Shown piece after piece: positions 49,761-61,175 of a stretch of 64,000 nucleotides of DNA. Each line of letters begins with the position of its first letter. Position 1 is the first letter of the stretch. The position numbers were made by a program, and so were the translations under genes. Below the pieces are notes generated by a model, which saw only the letters and a program-made list of their open reading frames with translations, was not told the DNA's origin and did not search any database. Source of the stretch: Macrostomum lignano (lineage: Eukaryota); the NCBI GenBank assembly GCA_002269645.1, contig NIVC01000172.1:684692-748691 (forward strand), read 5' to 3'.

Positions 49761-50492
49761 TAGGGGTGTTCGGGCTTCCATTTTTCCGGGTTTGGGGTTT
49801 ACCTCGAACCCGACCCCGAACTTTCCCTGAAAGGAGAACACTTCATCTCAGGCTTTCTACGAGCTATTGTGCTTTTTCCACGAGTGACGACTGAAGGGAG
49901 TTACTCGTCCTGAGGTACATCTAGTAGTCTACGCTCGTACTCATTTGCAGTCCTGGCTCCTGAACTCCTATTTATAGTCATCGGCTAGCAATCTCAAGTC
50001 TTCACTCCTCTCCTCCCTATAATTTGACTCCTCATTCTTAAGATCTTAGCATTGACTTTAACATCCACTTATCCAACTGTTTGCCAACTTGGGTTCAAGC
50101 TGTCATTGTTAGCGCAACATTCGAGTGTAGCTTAATGAAGAATTGGAAAATAAAGGTTGAACACCCTTGAATTTTTAATTAAAAACTTTTGCATCTACCG
50201 CAAAAACAAAAATAAAGTGATTTTTTAAATCCACAAGCATAGTCCAGCGGCCAGCCGGAATGCATAGATTCATAGATTTCATCCGTAGAACCATACGTTT
50301 GTAATTGAAAACTTAAATTCAAGCATTATTTATTTCGGTTTTTCGAAGTTTAAATTTTCGCCTTTTTATACTTAAAAAGCGTTACATAACGACAGTAGGA
50401 GAAATCTATTTTTAAAATAGCTAAAGTCTTCTTTCCTTTGAACCCGAAAATCCCGAAAACCCGACCCGAATACCCTACCCCGAACACCCCTA
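49761..50492. mobile_element. hAT-type non-autonomous element in a NAGLU intron
   Basis: 14-bp TIR TAGGGGTGTTCGGG and 8-bp TSD GTTGCTTG (49753-49760, 50493-50500). Confidence 0.9.
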
Positions 50493-51024
50493 GTTGCTTG
50501 TGGCAACATGTACATGTAGATGACATTCACGGGGAAATTTTTAAGCTTGAACTGCGAACTCTGATGAAGCACATCTACTCACCCGTTGGACGGCAGATTC
50601 TCATTAAACGGATCCATAGCGTAGTGATGAGTCACGTGACCGAAGACTTTCACGTTCTGGAAGAATTCTCTGTGACTTGAAGTGTCAAAGCGTTAATTGC
50701 AATATTATCGCCAATCAAATCTTCACTACAACTGTTACCTCCTTGATGACAGCCGCAGACAAATTCGTGAACATCGGGTCGTTCGGGTTCACAAAGTATA
50801 CTCTAGAATTTGTTAGTGTTGAGTTCAGACAAGCAGATGCATGTATCAAAAAATTGTATTCCATCGCACAAATACCTACTGAGAGTAGTTTCGTCCAAAG
50901 TTGTTCCAGTCGGATAGTTGAGTATAGTTCACATTTGGATATTTTCTGCAAAATTGATTGCAATTAGCAATGAGCTGTGCACACTTCTATTGCACAAACA
51001 GCTCAGTCGCAGCTATTGCTCGGC

Positions 51025-51211
51025 GCATCTGACTGGGGGTCTCGCTACATCCACCCTCCATTAAGCTAATGGCACCCATTTCGCAGCTGGGTGAAGTGAA
51101 GCAATGCAGAGTTTAGTGTCGTGATCAAAGACCCAAATTGTTGCGATTGGCTCGAGAATCGAACCGCCGACCTTTTCAGTCGTGGGTCCGAAGCTCCTAA
51201 CCACTAGGCTA
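51025..51211 (-). mobile_element. tRNA-derived SINE (same family as 27002)
   Basis: Minus strand TAGCCTAGTGGTT...GGCGGTTCGATTCTCG...CCCAGCTGCGAAATGGG. Confidence 0.75.
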
Positions 51212-54200
51212 CAACCCCTCGGCTATACACATATACAATCTACATAAGGAAGCAGTGGTGTACGCTCGTATTCCAGAATAAATTGAAGGTGAAAAAGTAC
51301 AACTCACAATGAACAGAACTACAAATCACTAAAGAGGAATTATGCTCGTAAGCCTTAAGCGGTTGAAAAGCCTTAAGCCTTAAGCCTTGCGAAAATGAAG
51401 AAAATGCAAATTTCTATTGTTTCACGAGTGCTACGAGCGTATAATATCGTTGAAGTGGTGTGGTGTGTACATGTAGTTTGTTTACTAACGGGATCAAGTG
51501 ACTGCTTGAAACTAGTGGTTTATTAGCTTATTAGCCCTAACCCCGCCAAATATCTGATATCTTTGGTCTGTCTGCTGATACAGGTTGCCAGCTAAGAAGA
51601 CATTCGATTTCACACGGACTAGACTTGCTTAACAAACGAATCTGGCACCATGCCGGAGAACCCTTGCAGCACGGAGTGATGCCCAGTGCTGCCATTCGGT
51701 CCAGAATACGCCGCTGCAGGTCCACTTGAGAGTCGCACCATGCCTTGGATAGTGGGCCGCCCCAGGCCTTGAGGTTGCCCATGCGACCCCTGAAATGAGG
51801 GAACCGGATTGCTAATCAATATTCCAATATATCGTCCCCAGCATCCAGTCTCTCACCAGGCCAGAAAAGCGGGCCCGGGAAAGTACTGAACCAAATCCGC
51901 CTCGGTCAGCCCGAAGTGACTCATGGCGCCCGCCATCACTCGCTCCTGGCCGGTGAGCGCGTACGCCAAATTCACTCCGTGCAAAGCCATCCAGTCAATG
52001 TGGCGCTCCCAGTCCGAGAACCGCCACCAAACGTACGAGTAGGAGAACGTCACCACATTCGGCATCACTGTGTAGACGTCCTGCGACTCCAGAGTCAGCT
52101 GACCGGAAGGCAGCATTGGGAGACGATCCGGTGGCAGGGCTACCTGGGTACCCGACCAGGACACCATTGCGGAGCAGTAGCCGGTGAGGTACCGATGCAG
52201 TGCCCAGGCAGCGGCAACGCCAGAGTTAGCGCTGATGCTGACATTGTTGCGACCAGTGTTTCTTATCTGCAGGTCTTTTTGTGAGCAGCAAATTGTTTTG
52301 ATGAGTAGCATCATTCCTTGACAGAGAAAAGTAGACTGACACTGAATACAATCTGAAATGCTTTAAACTAATTTCTAATAAAAAAGGCAGGAAGAAGACC
52401 TCACAAACGCTTGCAAACGCTGTTAACCTGAATGTATTAGCTGGTATAAACTCTGAACTATGAAATCCTCAAAATCAATAATCTATCCTATTTTAAAAGC
52501 CTATCAAACACTGAGACTAATCATTAATATCACCTACATGTAGATGTGACACTATGATTATGCTGTAATGATCTCACCAGCGCCCGATGCCTGGGCAGAG
52601 CCGTGTCGGGCGTCACTCTGAATGAAAACCGCGCAGCATCGACACCCAGAAGCCGGCTGGCCAACTGCTCGACTGCCAGTGCCTGCCGTTGATCCTCCCT
52701 TGCTGGGCTGTTGCCAGAAGCAACCGCAGAAACGGCAGTCGCGGCGATAATGAAGAAGACAAACAAATCGAATGAATTGCGAGTGAACATACTGAGTCGA
52801 GATGGAACGCTGCATGCAGCATGGTCCACTTACCAGTGAACTTATATAATTATTCGATCTAGGCATTAGACACTTAACCTGCCCGTACACTGAGTGGTTT
52901 AAAATGCGCACGCTGCAATGTACAATGTATGTAGCTGTGTGTTCTTGTTTATAGGTGTGCGAATATTGGACGGCGGTAAATGACATTTTCAACCGCTCAC
53001 CCCTATATCAGTAGATCATGTAGCATAAAAAGCTAGCGTACCCCCCCCCCCAGTAACCAACCAGCCCCAGTGTATTCCGAAGTTGCACAAGTTATAGACA
53101 CGGCTATTAGGTTCGTCTCAGAATGCTAAAAAATTGTGGTTCACAAAAACATGCAAGTATCTAAAACGTATAATAACTCATTAATAGAAATTAATGCTTT
53201 AATCTACATACTACTTGTATAAACTGCAGCATGCCACACAAATGTACCACTGCAATAAAAGCGCCGGAATGTACGCTCTATCCTCTGTCTGTATGGTCTA
53301 TTCTTCAGCCTCAATCGCGCCTCTCTTTCGCCTATCTCAACCCTTGCTTAGATCTGTTTCTCTTCAACAATTCCATGCCGCGTACACCATTTTCCTACAA
53401 TCCATAGCTAAATCTCTTCTCCTGTAGCCTGAGCTCTGTCGTTCCATTGGTTGGCTCATTCGTGGAGTGGACTCAGTCCAAAATGCTCTCGTCTTCAGCG
53501 TACATTTGTCCGAATGGCTCAGTCAAACGGCATTTGCTTGTGCCTAAAAATGAGGCTGCAGCAAACAAAGCAAGCAAGGCTAGAAAGCAGCTCTGCTGTG
53601 TAATAGCAGACTTGCAACGGAGGAGTTTCTGGAAAGACAGGTAAGTCACCATGTACACTCCTAGGTCTCTAGATTTCGTGTCTGGCAATCCGAAATACTT
53701 GTAGCTATTTTTTTTAATGTCAAACATGAAATAGGTACGAGCTATGTATATGGAGCTAGAGTATGTTGTAGAGTTCTAAAAGTAGCATCTAGATTGGAAA
53801 TTAAATTTCATCGTACGTTGAATCATTCTCCAGCCACATTGATTTGCTTAGTGACTTACTAAAGCTCGTAGTCTAGCAAAGTCTGGGTTTGCTAAATACA
53901 AGTTAAAATAAAATCTCAATGAAAATTATGTTTTGAAAGCAATGAACAACAATAACGCTGCAAAAAGAAAGGTCCTACAATGTATAACAGTATGACAGGG
54001 CACGCGGTCTAGGGGTGTCGGTACCGGGGGGGGGCACGGGGGGGGCTGGAGCCTACATACATACAAGGATCACTTTTTAGCATGATCCTCCAAATGACCT
54101 TTTTGAATTTCAAGCAAGTGTCGGCCGGTTTTCGGCTTTGGCTTTACTGAGTCTTGGAAGCTAAGAGTAGCAGCTGATATAATAGTTCATGTTGTTCTCA

Positions 54201-54252
54201 GTTCCTTTCCACTACAGTTTATCCAATGTTCCTAAGCCTTGTGCTTTTAGTG

Positions 54253-55061
54253 CAGGGGTCAGCAAACTTTTTACTTCAAGGGCCAGATTGAGAACAGCGT
54301 GACTGCCCTTCTGGGTCCGCTTCTCTGGGCCCCCTAAGCGAAACGCGCGCCAGAAGTCCCTGATGACTGCGGGCTATAGGGAGAGAGGATGGAGAATAGA
54401 GAAGAGAAATACGAGTGCAGGAGAAAGGAGAGGCGAAGGAATAAAGGAGAAGAGAGTAGACGAGAACAGAGATAAAATAGGAGAGAAGAGAGGAGAGGGG
54501 AGATGAATGAGGAGAGGAGAGTCGAAATATAAGAGAGGAGAGAAGGACATGAGAGAGGAGGGAAGGGAGAAGAGAATGGAGAGGAAACGGGAGATGAGAG
54601 GAGAGGAGAGATGAGAGAGGTGAAATGAGAGGAGAGGAGAGAGGTGAGGAGGTGAGATGAGAGGAGAGGAGAGAGGTGAGGAGATGAGAGGAGAGGAGAG
54701 AGGTGAGGGAGGTGAGGAGAGGAAAGGAAATGAGAGAGGAGAGGAGAGGAGAGAGGAGAGGAGACGAGAGAAGAGGAGAGGAGAGGAGAGGAGAGGAGAG
54801 GAGAGGAGAGAGGTGAGGAGATGAGAGGAGAGGGGTGAGGAGAGGTGAGGAGAGGAAAGGAAATGAGAGAGGAGAGGAGAGGAGAGGAGAGGAGAGGACA
54901 GGAGAATATGAGAAGAGAGAGGTGAGGGAAGAGAGCTGAGAAGAGACACAAGCCTTGAGCGGGCCGGATTGCTCTTGTGAATATTCAAAGGACCCAAGGG
55001 CCGGATAGAGAGGCTTTGCGGGGCCACATTTGGCCCTCAGGCCGGAGTTTGCCAACCCCTG
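54253..55061. mobile_element. hAT-type MITE with an internal (GAGAG)n-like tract
   Basis: Imperfect TIR CAGGGGTCAGCAAACT / CAGGGGTTGGCAAACT, 8-bp TSD TTTTAGTG (54245-54252, 55062-55069), and subterminal GGGCC motifs. Confidence 0.9.
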
Positions 55062-56051
55062 TTTTAGTGTTTAGCTCTTTTACTTTGGCATCTCTGATCG
55101 AAATTCCGAGTCTGCCGCAATCCCAAGACTTAAGCCGCTGCTGGCGCTGCAACTAAAAGCACAAAAATGCCGTCAGATAAAAGAATGAAGAGTCAGCGCC
55201 AAGAAGAACTGAAGGAGGCAGCCAAGAGACCCAGAAAATTACTGGTCTTGCCCTGGCAATTTTCATTCATTTGAGATATTTACTAAATAAATTGATAGTG
55301 CAGTGCAGTTGCGCAATGTTTGAATTATTTGAGAATTTGAACGTTTTTCAGACTTTTGGTCACTTTCAACACAATTGAATATTGGCCTGGTTGTCACAAT
55401 GTCACAAACTGACATAACAGCAGGAGTTTGGGTGCCCTTAGATTAAAAAAAATCATGTGCAATGTGCACCCTCCCACCAATAGCCCCCCACTTTTAAATA
55501 TGTTCCGACACGATGCATTGCTTTTGTCTGTCTGACTGAGAATGAAGCCACCTACATTACTCTCCAGCCCCTCCGAGCTGAACCCTCCTCGGCCACTGCT
55601 TCTGCAACACCAACGCTAAGTTGCGAATAAATAAAGTACAAATATATGGTTGGATTTTTATCACTTTGCTTGGCTTTTGCAGTCCATGGCCCATAGACTA
55701 AGGCAAGATGCAGCCAATTGGCCCCTGGCGTAGCGTATGGAGGCAGCGTATATGGAGGATTCTCAGGCTGACAAAAGCTATATCTAGATCTGAGCCAGCA
55801 GGTACAAGACGAATCTGGTAAATTCGTCAAAAAAGCAGCTCAGCATGCTCAGAATGAGATAATTAACCAAGACAACGGCTGAGGGATGCCTTTTATAACG
55901 GAGGCAAGGAAACAGACGCTACGTTAATCTTCATGCTGTAATGAAATTGAGAGTTATAGATGTGGAGTAATCTGTTTTCATTTAAATTCCTCAGCTGCCG
56001 ACACTTCTGAAGCAGCGATAGTCAGGGTGCCCGTCGGACCAAACCGCAGCC

Positions 56052-57580
56052 ATGATGAGCACCTCAACCTTCTGCAGAAGCCTGCGACGCCGGTTAAAAC
56101 TGCGCAACTTCCTCGGTTGCATTGGCCTTCTGGCCATAGCAACTATCCTCTACCGTCTCTTCGCCGTGGCCCCCGAAAAGTTCACTATGCAGCTCACTGA
56201 GCCAGACAGCTACCAAGTAAAAGGAGATTCAGTTAAAAAAATAAAAAGAATTCCGGCAATCCTTCATCAGACCTGGATATCCGACATCATCCCTAGCACC
56301 TACGTGCCCTACGTGCGCAGCTGGGCGAATCACAGGCCCCGCCTTGACTATTACTACTGGACAGACGCCAACTCGCTTGAGTTCGTGGCGCGCCACTATC
56401 CGGAGATTCTGGCCACTTTCCGAGGTTACCCAGCTCACCTGAGTCGGGCGGACGCTGTCAGGTACATGCTGCTGCATAAATATGGCGGCATCTATGCCGA
56501 TATGGACATGATGCGGCTGAGAGACCTGGCCCCGCTGCTCAACAATAGCAGGGAGTTGTGCTACCTCAGCCAGGAACGCTACGAGATCACGCGGCTTTAC
56601 TGGGGATACAACAGGTAGGTTTTGAATTGGCTAAGCTTTAATAGACAGTCTTGAGGACAAATATGCTATTATAGTGAACTGATACACTGATAAACAAAAA
56701 ACGATATGCGATTTAGACATCCCAATACGGCCAATATACGTACAATTGCGTAATTCCAGTTTTAGAGCACCATTTAAAGTTTCCATTAAGTTTTTAATTG
56801 ACTCCGTCATTTAGACAACGCTTCTCAATCTGTATACTTCCAATGACCAATGCACAAAATAAGAAATAACTTTTAAATGCATGAAAATCGCAAGAAGTCA
56901 TATCGGTTTTGTTGAAATAGACTGGGAAGAGGTGTTAGCATTTTGCTAGTGTTGTGAAGTAATCCAGCGGATGCTCTTAATTGAACTGACTGCCCAAAAT
57001 CTGCATCCATGGAGAGCGGATTCGTCCTCCAGGGGTGACATTTACGAAATCCAGATTTGGCATTGGCTTGTCTTCGTTCTAACACACCAACAGCAGCGTC
57101 ATGAACGCCATAATGCTAAGCGCGCCGGGCCACAAGTTCATGGAGTACGTTGTCAAGGCTCTGTCAAGATTCGCCAACAACTCCCCGGACGTCATGACCT
57201 CGACGGGGCCGTTATTTCTGCAGAGAGTCTACGAAGAGTTCCATTACCGATCGCCCGTCTGCGACCTGCGTGACCCGATGTGCCGCTGTGTGGCAGCCGA
57301 CCCCTACGACTTCATGCCGCAGGTGGACCCGATCCGAATCCCGCTGTTCCGCGGCAAGTGCTCCTCGCCCAACCAGCTGAAACCCAACGCTGTGGAGGCC
57401 TGCCGGATGCTGGACCAAATAGGATGGCGCAACGAGATCTCAGAGATCGGCACCAGGTCCTACACGCACCACGGATTTCTGCACTACGGCTTCGAGAACC
57501 AGCGGTTGAAGTTCGCCTCGGTGGCCAACATTAGCAGCGTCCGCGCAGACAGGCTCAGCTTCGGTCGGGAGATTCATTGA
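56052..57580 (+). CDS. GT32 DXD glycosyltransferase, type II membrane protein (exons 56052-56614 and 57094-57580)
   Basis: N-terminal TM segment; IPAILHQTW, YWTD, RADAVRYMLLHKYGGIYADMD. A phase-2 intron joins in frame to VMNAIMLSAPGHKF (NAGNAG acceptor). Confidence 0.88.
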
Positions 57581-58274
57581 TGCGACTTTTATACCGCCGC
57601 TGACGGCCGTTTCTTTGCTGTTATCGGTCATGGACAACTCAAGTAGCACAAGGTTTTCAAAACAAGGTTTTCTTAGAAATGAGCCGGAGGCCGGAATTAG
57701 GAACGTGTATTTGTCGCATTGCTAGGGCGTTTATTACAATATGCTCCGGAGAACGTATAGCGCTAAATGCATGGGGTTTGGCCATAGACGAATTCAGTCG
57801 AGAAACAGCCGATTTGTCGGGAGCACACTGAATGCACTGCGATATGCGGCAAATATAGGTTCCTTCCGGCCTCTGGCTCATTTCTAAGAAAATCTAGTGT
57901 AGAGCGTCCTAATACTTTAGTGGTCCATGTACCACATACATTTTTATGTACACATACGCCGTCTCTTATGTATTACATAATTACTATTCCACATGGCATT
58001 TCCTATGATCATGCGGTGGTAAATGTAGTTTTACTTCATTTTATGAATCTCAACTGACTTAAGCCTTACTACCTATCTGCAAAAAATTCTCGACAACTCC
58101 CAAAACAGCAAAACCGCTTTTAAGTGGGTCTACGGCATCAGCCCGCAGCTAGGAAGATTCCCAAATTCTTGTTTAGACCAATTTTATTGGCCTGCATAAT
58201 GATGAGTCATAGCAATCGAGAAACGGTGATTACATTATTATCTAGTACCAAGTCTAAATACTATTAAGTCCATC

Positions 58275-59457
58275 CAGGGACTACTCAATTCTCGGGACGG
58301 GAAACGGCCAAATCATGCAGAAAAAAGATGGAGGCCGATTTTCTCTGTTCTCTGCTGATCTTATGTTTTATCGCAAGAGCTTCAGCTTTTCACTATGTAC
58401 ACAAAATTTATCCCTCTTCAACTTCCTGTAGCCTGTTTCTACTCAAATAATTTCGGATAAATGCTAGGAGACATTTTATACAGTACCCCTTTAATACACA
58501 AACTTGTATTCCCGTGGAAAGCTAGCGCATCCACCAGAATGGCTTTTCCAATTCTCGCGCCTTTGTTATGCTAGCTTCACATCATATTCACCAAGCTGTG
58601 CAACCCGTGTGCATCAGATATTCAATGCTATCGCCGAATATTTCTTTCCAGACAAGGACATTCATACAACTTCGGTGACTCGTCGCCTATCAAACTGCTT
58701 TTTCAAAGGACTTGTGCGAAACTGCAAAACTGCAGAACAAACACCAGACGCAAGTGATCGTAAAATCACAAAGCTACGCAGTTCGTCTCGTTTATAAGCG
58801 CGATTGATACCGACTGAGACTACTGGGTTACAAATTCGATTTGTCGCATTGCTTATATTTGCTTACTACTATTGGGATACTTTGTTATGCTTACTTTGTT
58901 TGTTCTGGTTCATGTGCGTTTTGAACTTGCTTGTGGTTCTCTTGCCTTTTGCTCTTATCGTGTTTATTGTTCTTTATATGCTTGTTGTGAATGTTGTGTT
59001 TCTTGTACTTATGCATTTGGTGTTGTTGAATAATTCTAGTGCACAATAGTGTGTATTCTAGCGCGATCGTTCTCCAAATCTTGGTATACATGTATTGACT
59101 ATATACAACAGTTTTGTTAATCTTATATCTTATGTTGAATAACTTCTCGTATAATACAAGCTTTCACTTCTTGCTTCAATGTTTTCCATAGACTTCTACA
59201 AAAGATGCACTTGGCTTATCAAGCATCGAGTTTGTGTATTAAAGGGGTACTGTATAAAATGTCTCCTAGCATTTATCCGAAATTATTTGAGTAGAAACAG
59301 GCTACAGGAAGTTGAAGAGGGATAAATTTTGTGTACATAGTGAAAAGCTGAAGCTCTTGCGATAAAACATAAGATCAGCAGAGAACAGAGAAAATCGGCC
59401 TCCATCTTTTTTCTGCATGATTTGGCCGTTTCCCGTCCCGAGAATTGAGTAGTCCTG
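58275..59457. mobile_element. Non-autonomous long-TIR DNA transposon (P-element-like)
   Basis: ~230-bp inverted repeats (58275-58504, 59229-59457), CAGG termini and 8-bp TSD AGTCCATC (58267-58274, 59458-59465). The internal ORF fragment (SRGKLAHPP...RRLSNCFF) resembles P-transposase C-termini, from memory only. Confidence 0.85.
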
Positions 59458-59507
59458 AGTCCATCTTGGTCTAATGCCTATACTGTGGTTATTTGGACAG
59501 CCAAATG

Positions 59508-59590
59508 TCTGCGGGCTAATGACCTGCGGGCTAATGACCAGCGGCTAATTACCTGTGGGCTAATGACCTGCGGGCTAATGACCTGCGGGC
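59508..59590. repeat. 15-bp tandem repeat CTGCGGGCTAATGAC
   Basis: Direct reading. Confidence 0.85.
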
Positions 59591-60411
59591 TAATGACCTG
59601 CGGACTAATAATTTCGTGTCAAAACAGGCTTTTTGCTTGTTACTACTTAAATAAATTTGTAAAACTCGGAGGAGTTTTGTTAATTGGGGGAGTTAAGGAG
59701 TCAAGGAGTTAAGGGCTAACCTCATTGATAATTAGTTGCACTGATGAAAAAAACTGTTAATGTGACAAGCAGACTTATTAGATTAATCAACAAGAATCGT
59801 GTTGAAATAAATATAAAAAGTCCAGTCAATTGGATAAATTAGGCATTATAATTTATTATTGAAATAAGCAATTCAGAGCGATCGGTTTAAACAGGCATTT
59901 CAGTTAGCAATAGGTGAAATCATATATTGAGTAAATGAGAGCAGTGAGTGTTTGCCGACTTTGCGAATGCATGCACGAGATGTAATGGGTGTCACACGCA
60001 GCGAAAGATCATTGAGCAGCGACCGGCGACAGCCACCGCTTCTCGGGCTACCCGGCGCCAGGCAAAAATGCTTTTAATTTTATCGAGGCACAAAGTATTC
60101 TAAATATTAGCAACAATCGCTACTGTAAGCGGTACGTGCGGAATTTATACGAAATGAAATTCAATGGGTAGTTTACTAATTAGAAAAACAAAGGAGATTT
60201 TCAAGGCATTAGTGCCAAGTTATTTAGCAGCTATAGAAAATTGCACCTTGTAACAGCTTCAAATAAAACTCAGATGAGCAAAACCAATTAGTTAATTTCT
60301 TGGCTTTCGGCAATATTGATTCAATAATACGCTTTAGGCTATGCTAAATGAGAAGATTATCTTAATTTAAGCTTGTATGAAGTCGAATTCTAGTGCACAC
60401 GTTCAAAGGCA

Positions 60412-60980
60412 GAGGATGTACATTGGGAGAGGGGCTGGCAGCGGATGTACATTGGGGAGAGGGATGTACATTGGGGAGAGGGTTGGCAGCGGATTTACAT
60501 TGGGGAGAGGGGTTGGCAGCGATGTACATTGGGGATGGCAGCGGATGTACATTGGGGATGGCAGCGGATGTACATTGGGGAAGGGGTTGGCAGCGGATGT
60601 ACATTGGGGAGAGGGGTTGCAGCGGATATACATTGGGAGAGGGGTTGGCAGCGGATGTACATTGGGAGAGGGGTTGGCAGCGGATTACATTGGGGAGAGG
60701 GGTTGCAGCGGATGTACATTGGGGATGGCAGCGGATGTACATTGGGGAGAGGGTTGGCAGCGGATGTACATTGAGAGGTTGGCAGCGATATACATTGGGG
60801 AGAGTTGTGCAGCGGATGTACATTGGGAGAGGGGAGTTGGCAGCGGATGTACATTTGAGAGAAGGGGCTGGCAGCGATGTACATTGGGGAAGAGGACTGC
60901 AGTTATGTACATTGGGGAGAGGGCTGGCAGCGGATGTATATTGGGGAAAGGAAACTGGCAGTGATGTACATTGGGGAGAG
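60412..60980. repeat. ~23-31-bp variable minisatellite (GGCAGCGGATGTACATTGGGGAGAGGG)
   Basis: Direct reading. Confidence 0.9.
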
Positions 60981-61175
60981 CTTGCGGGTATTAGGATTCA
61001 AAAACAGAAGACACTATCGAACTTCGAGTAGGGAGGCGTATTGTAAAACGTTAAGAGCACTGCATTCGAGATTCGCGAGAGCAGTCAGAGACCTTTAGGT
61101 GGGAAAATTAAATCAACGATATTACTTGAGTAGTTGAGTAGTTTTTTCTAGTTTGGGCCAGGTGCGAATGCTAAT

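Larger units (their letters stand above)
36020..52790 (-). pseudogene. NAGLU: Alpha-N-acetylglucosaminidase (GH89), 14 exons, disrupted by an exonic Gypsy insertion and a 1-nt frameshift
   Basis: Exons: 52790-52578, 52266-51857, 51789-51629, 50945-50880, 50802-50739, 50656-50583, 49702-49628, 49548-49464, 49389-49359+45029-44689, 38568-38408, 38329-38225, 38142-37854, 36868-36766, 36141-36020. Splice phases are consistent except exon 3, which is 1 nt short. Motifs: WERHIDWMALHG, GPAFLAWGRMGN, DPFNE, LHNFGG, PEGIGQN, YDQVDLTRQ, RNQLTCWG, YYRPRW. Confidence 0.9.
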
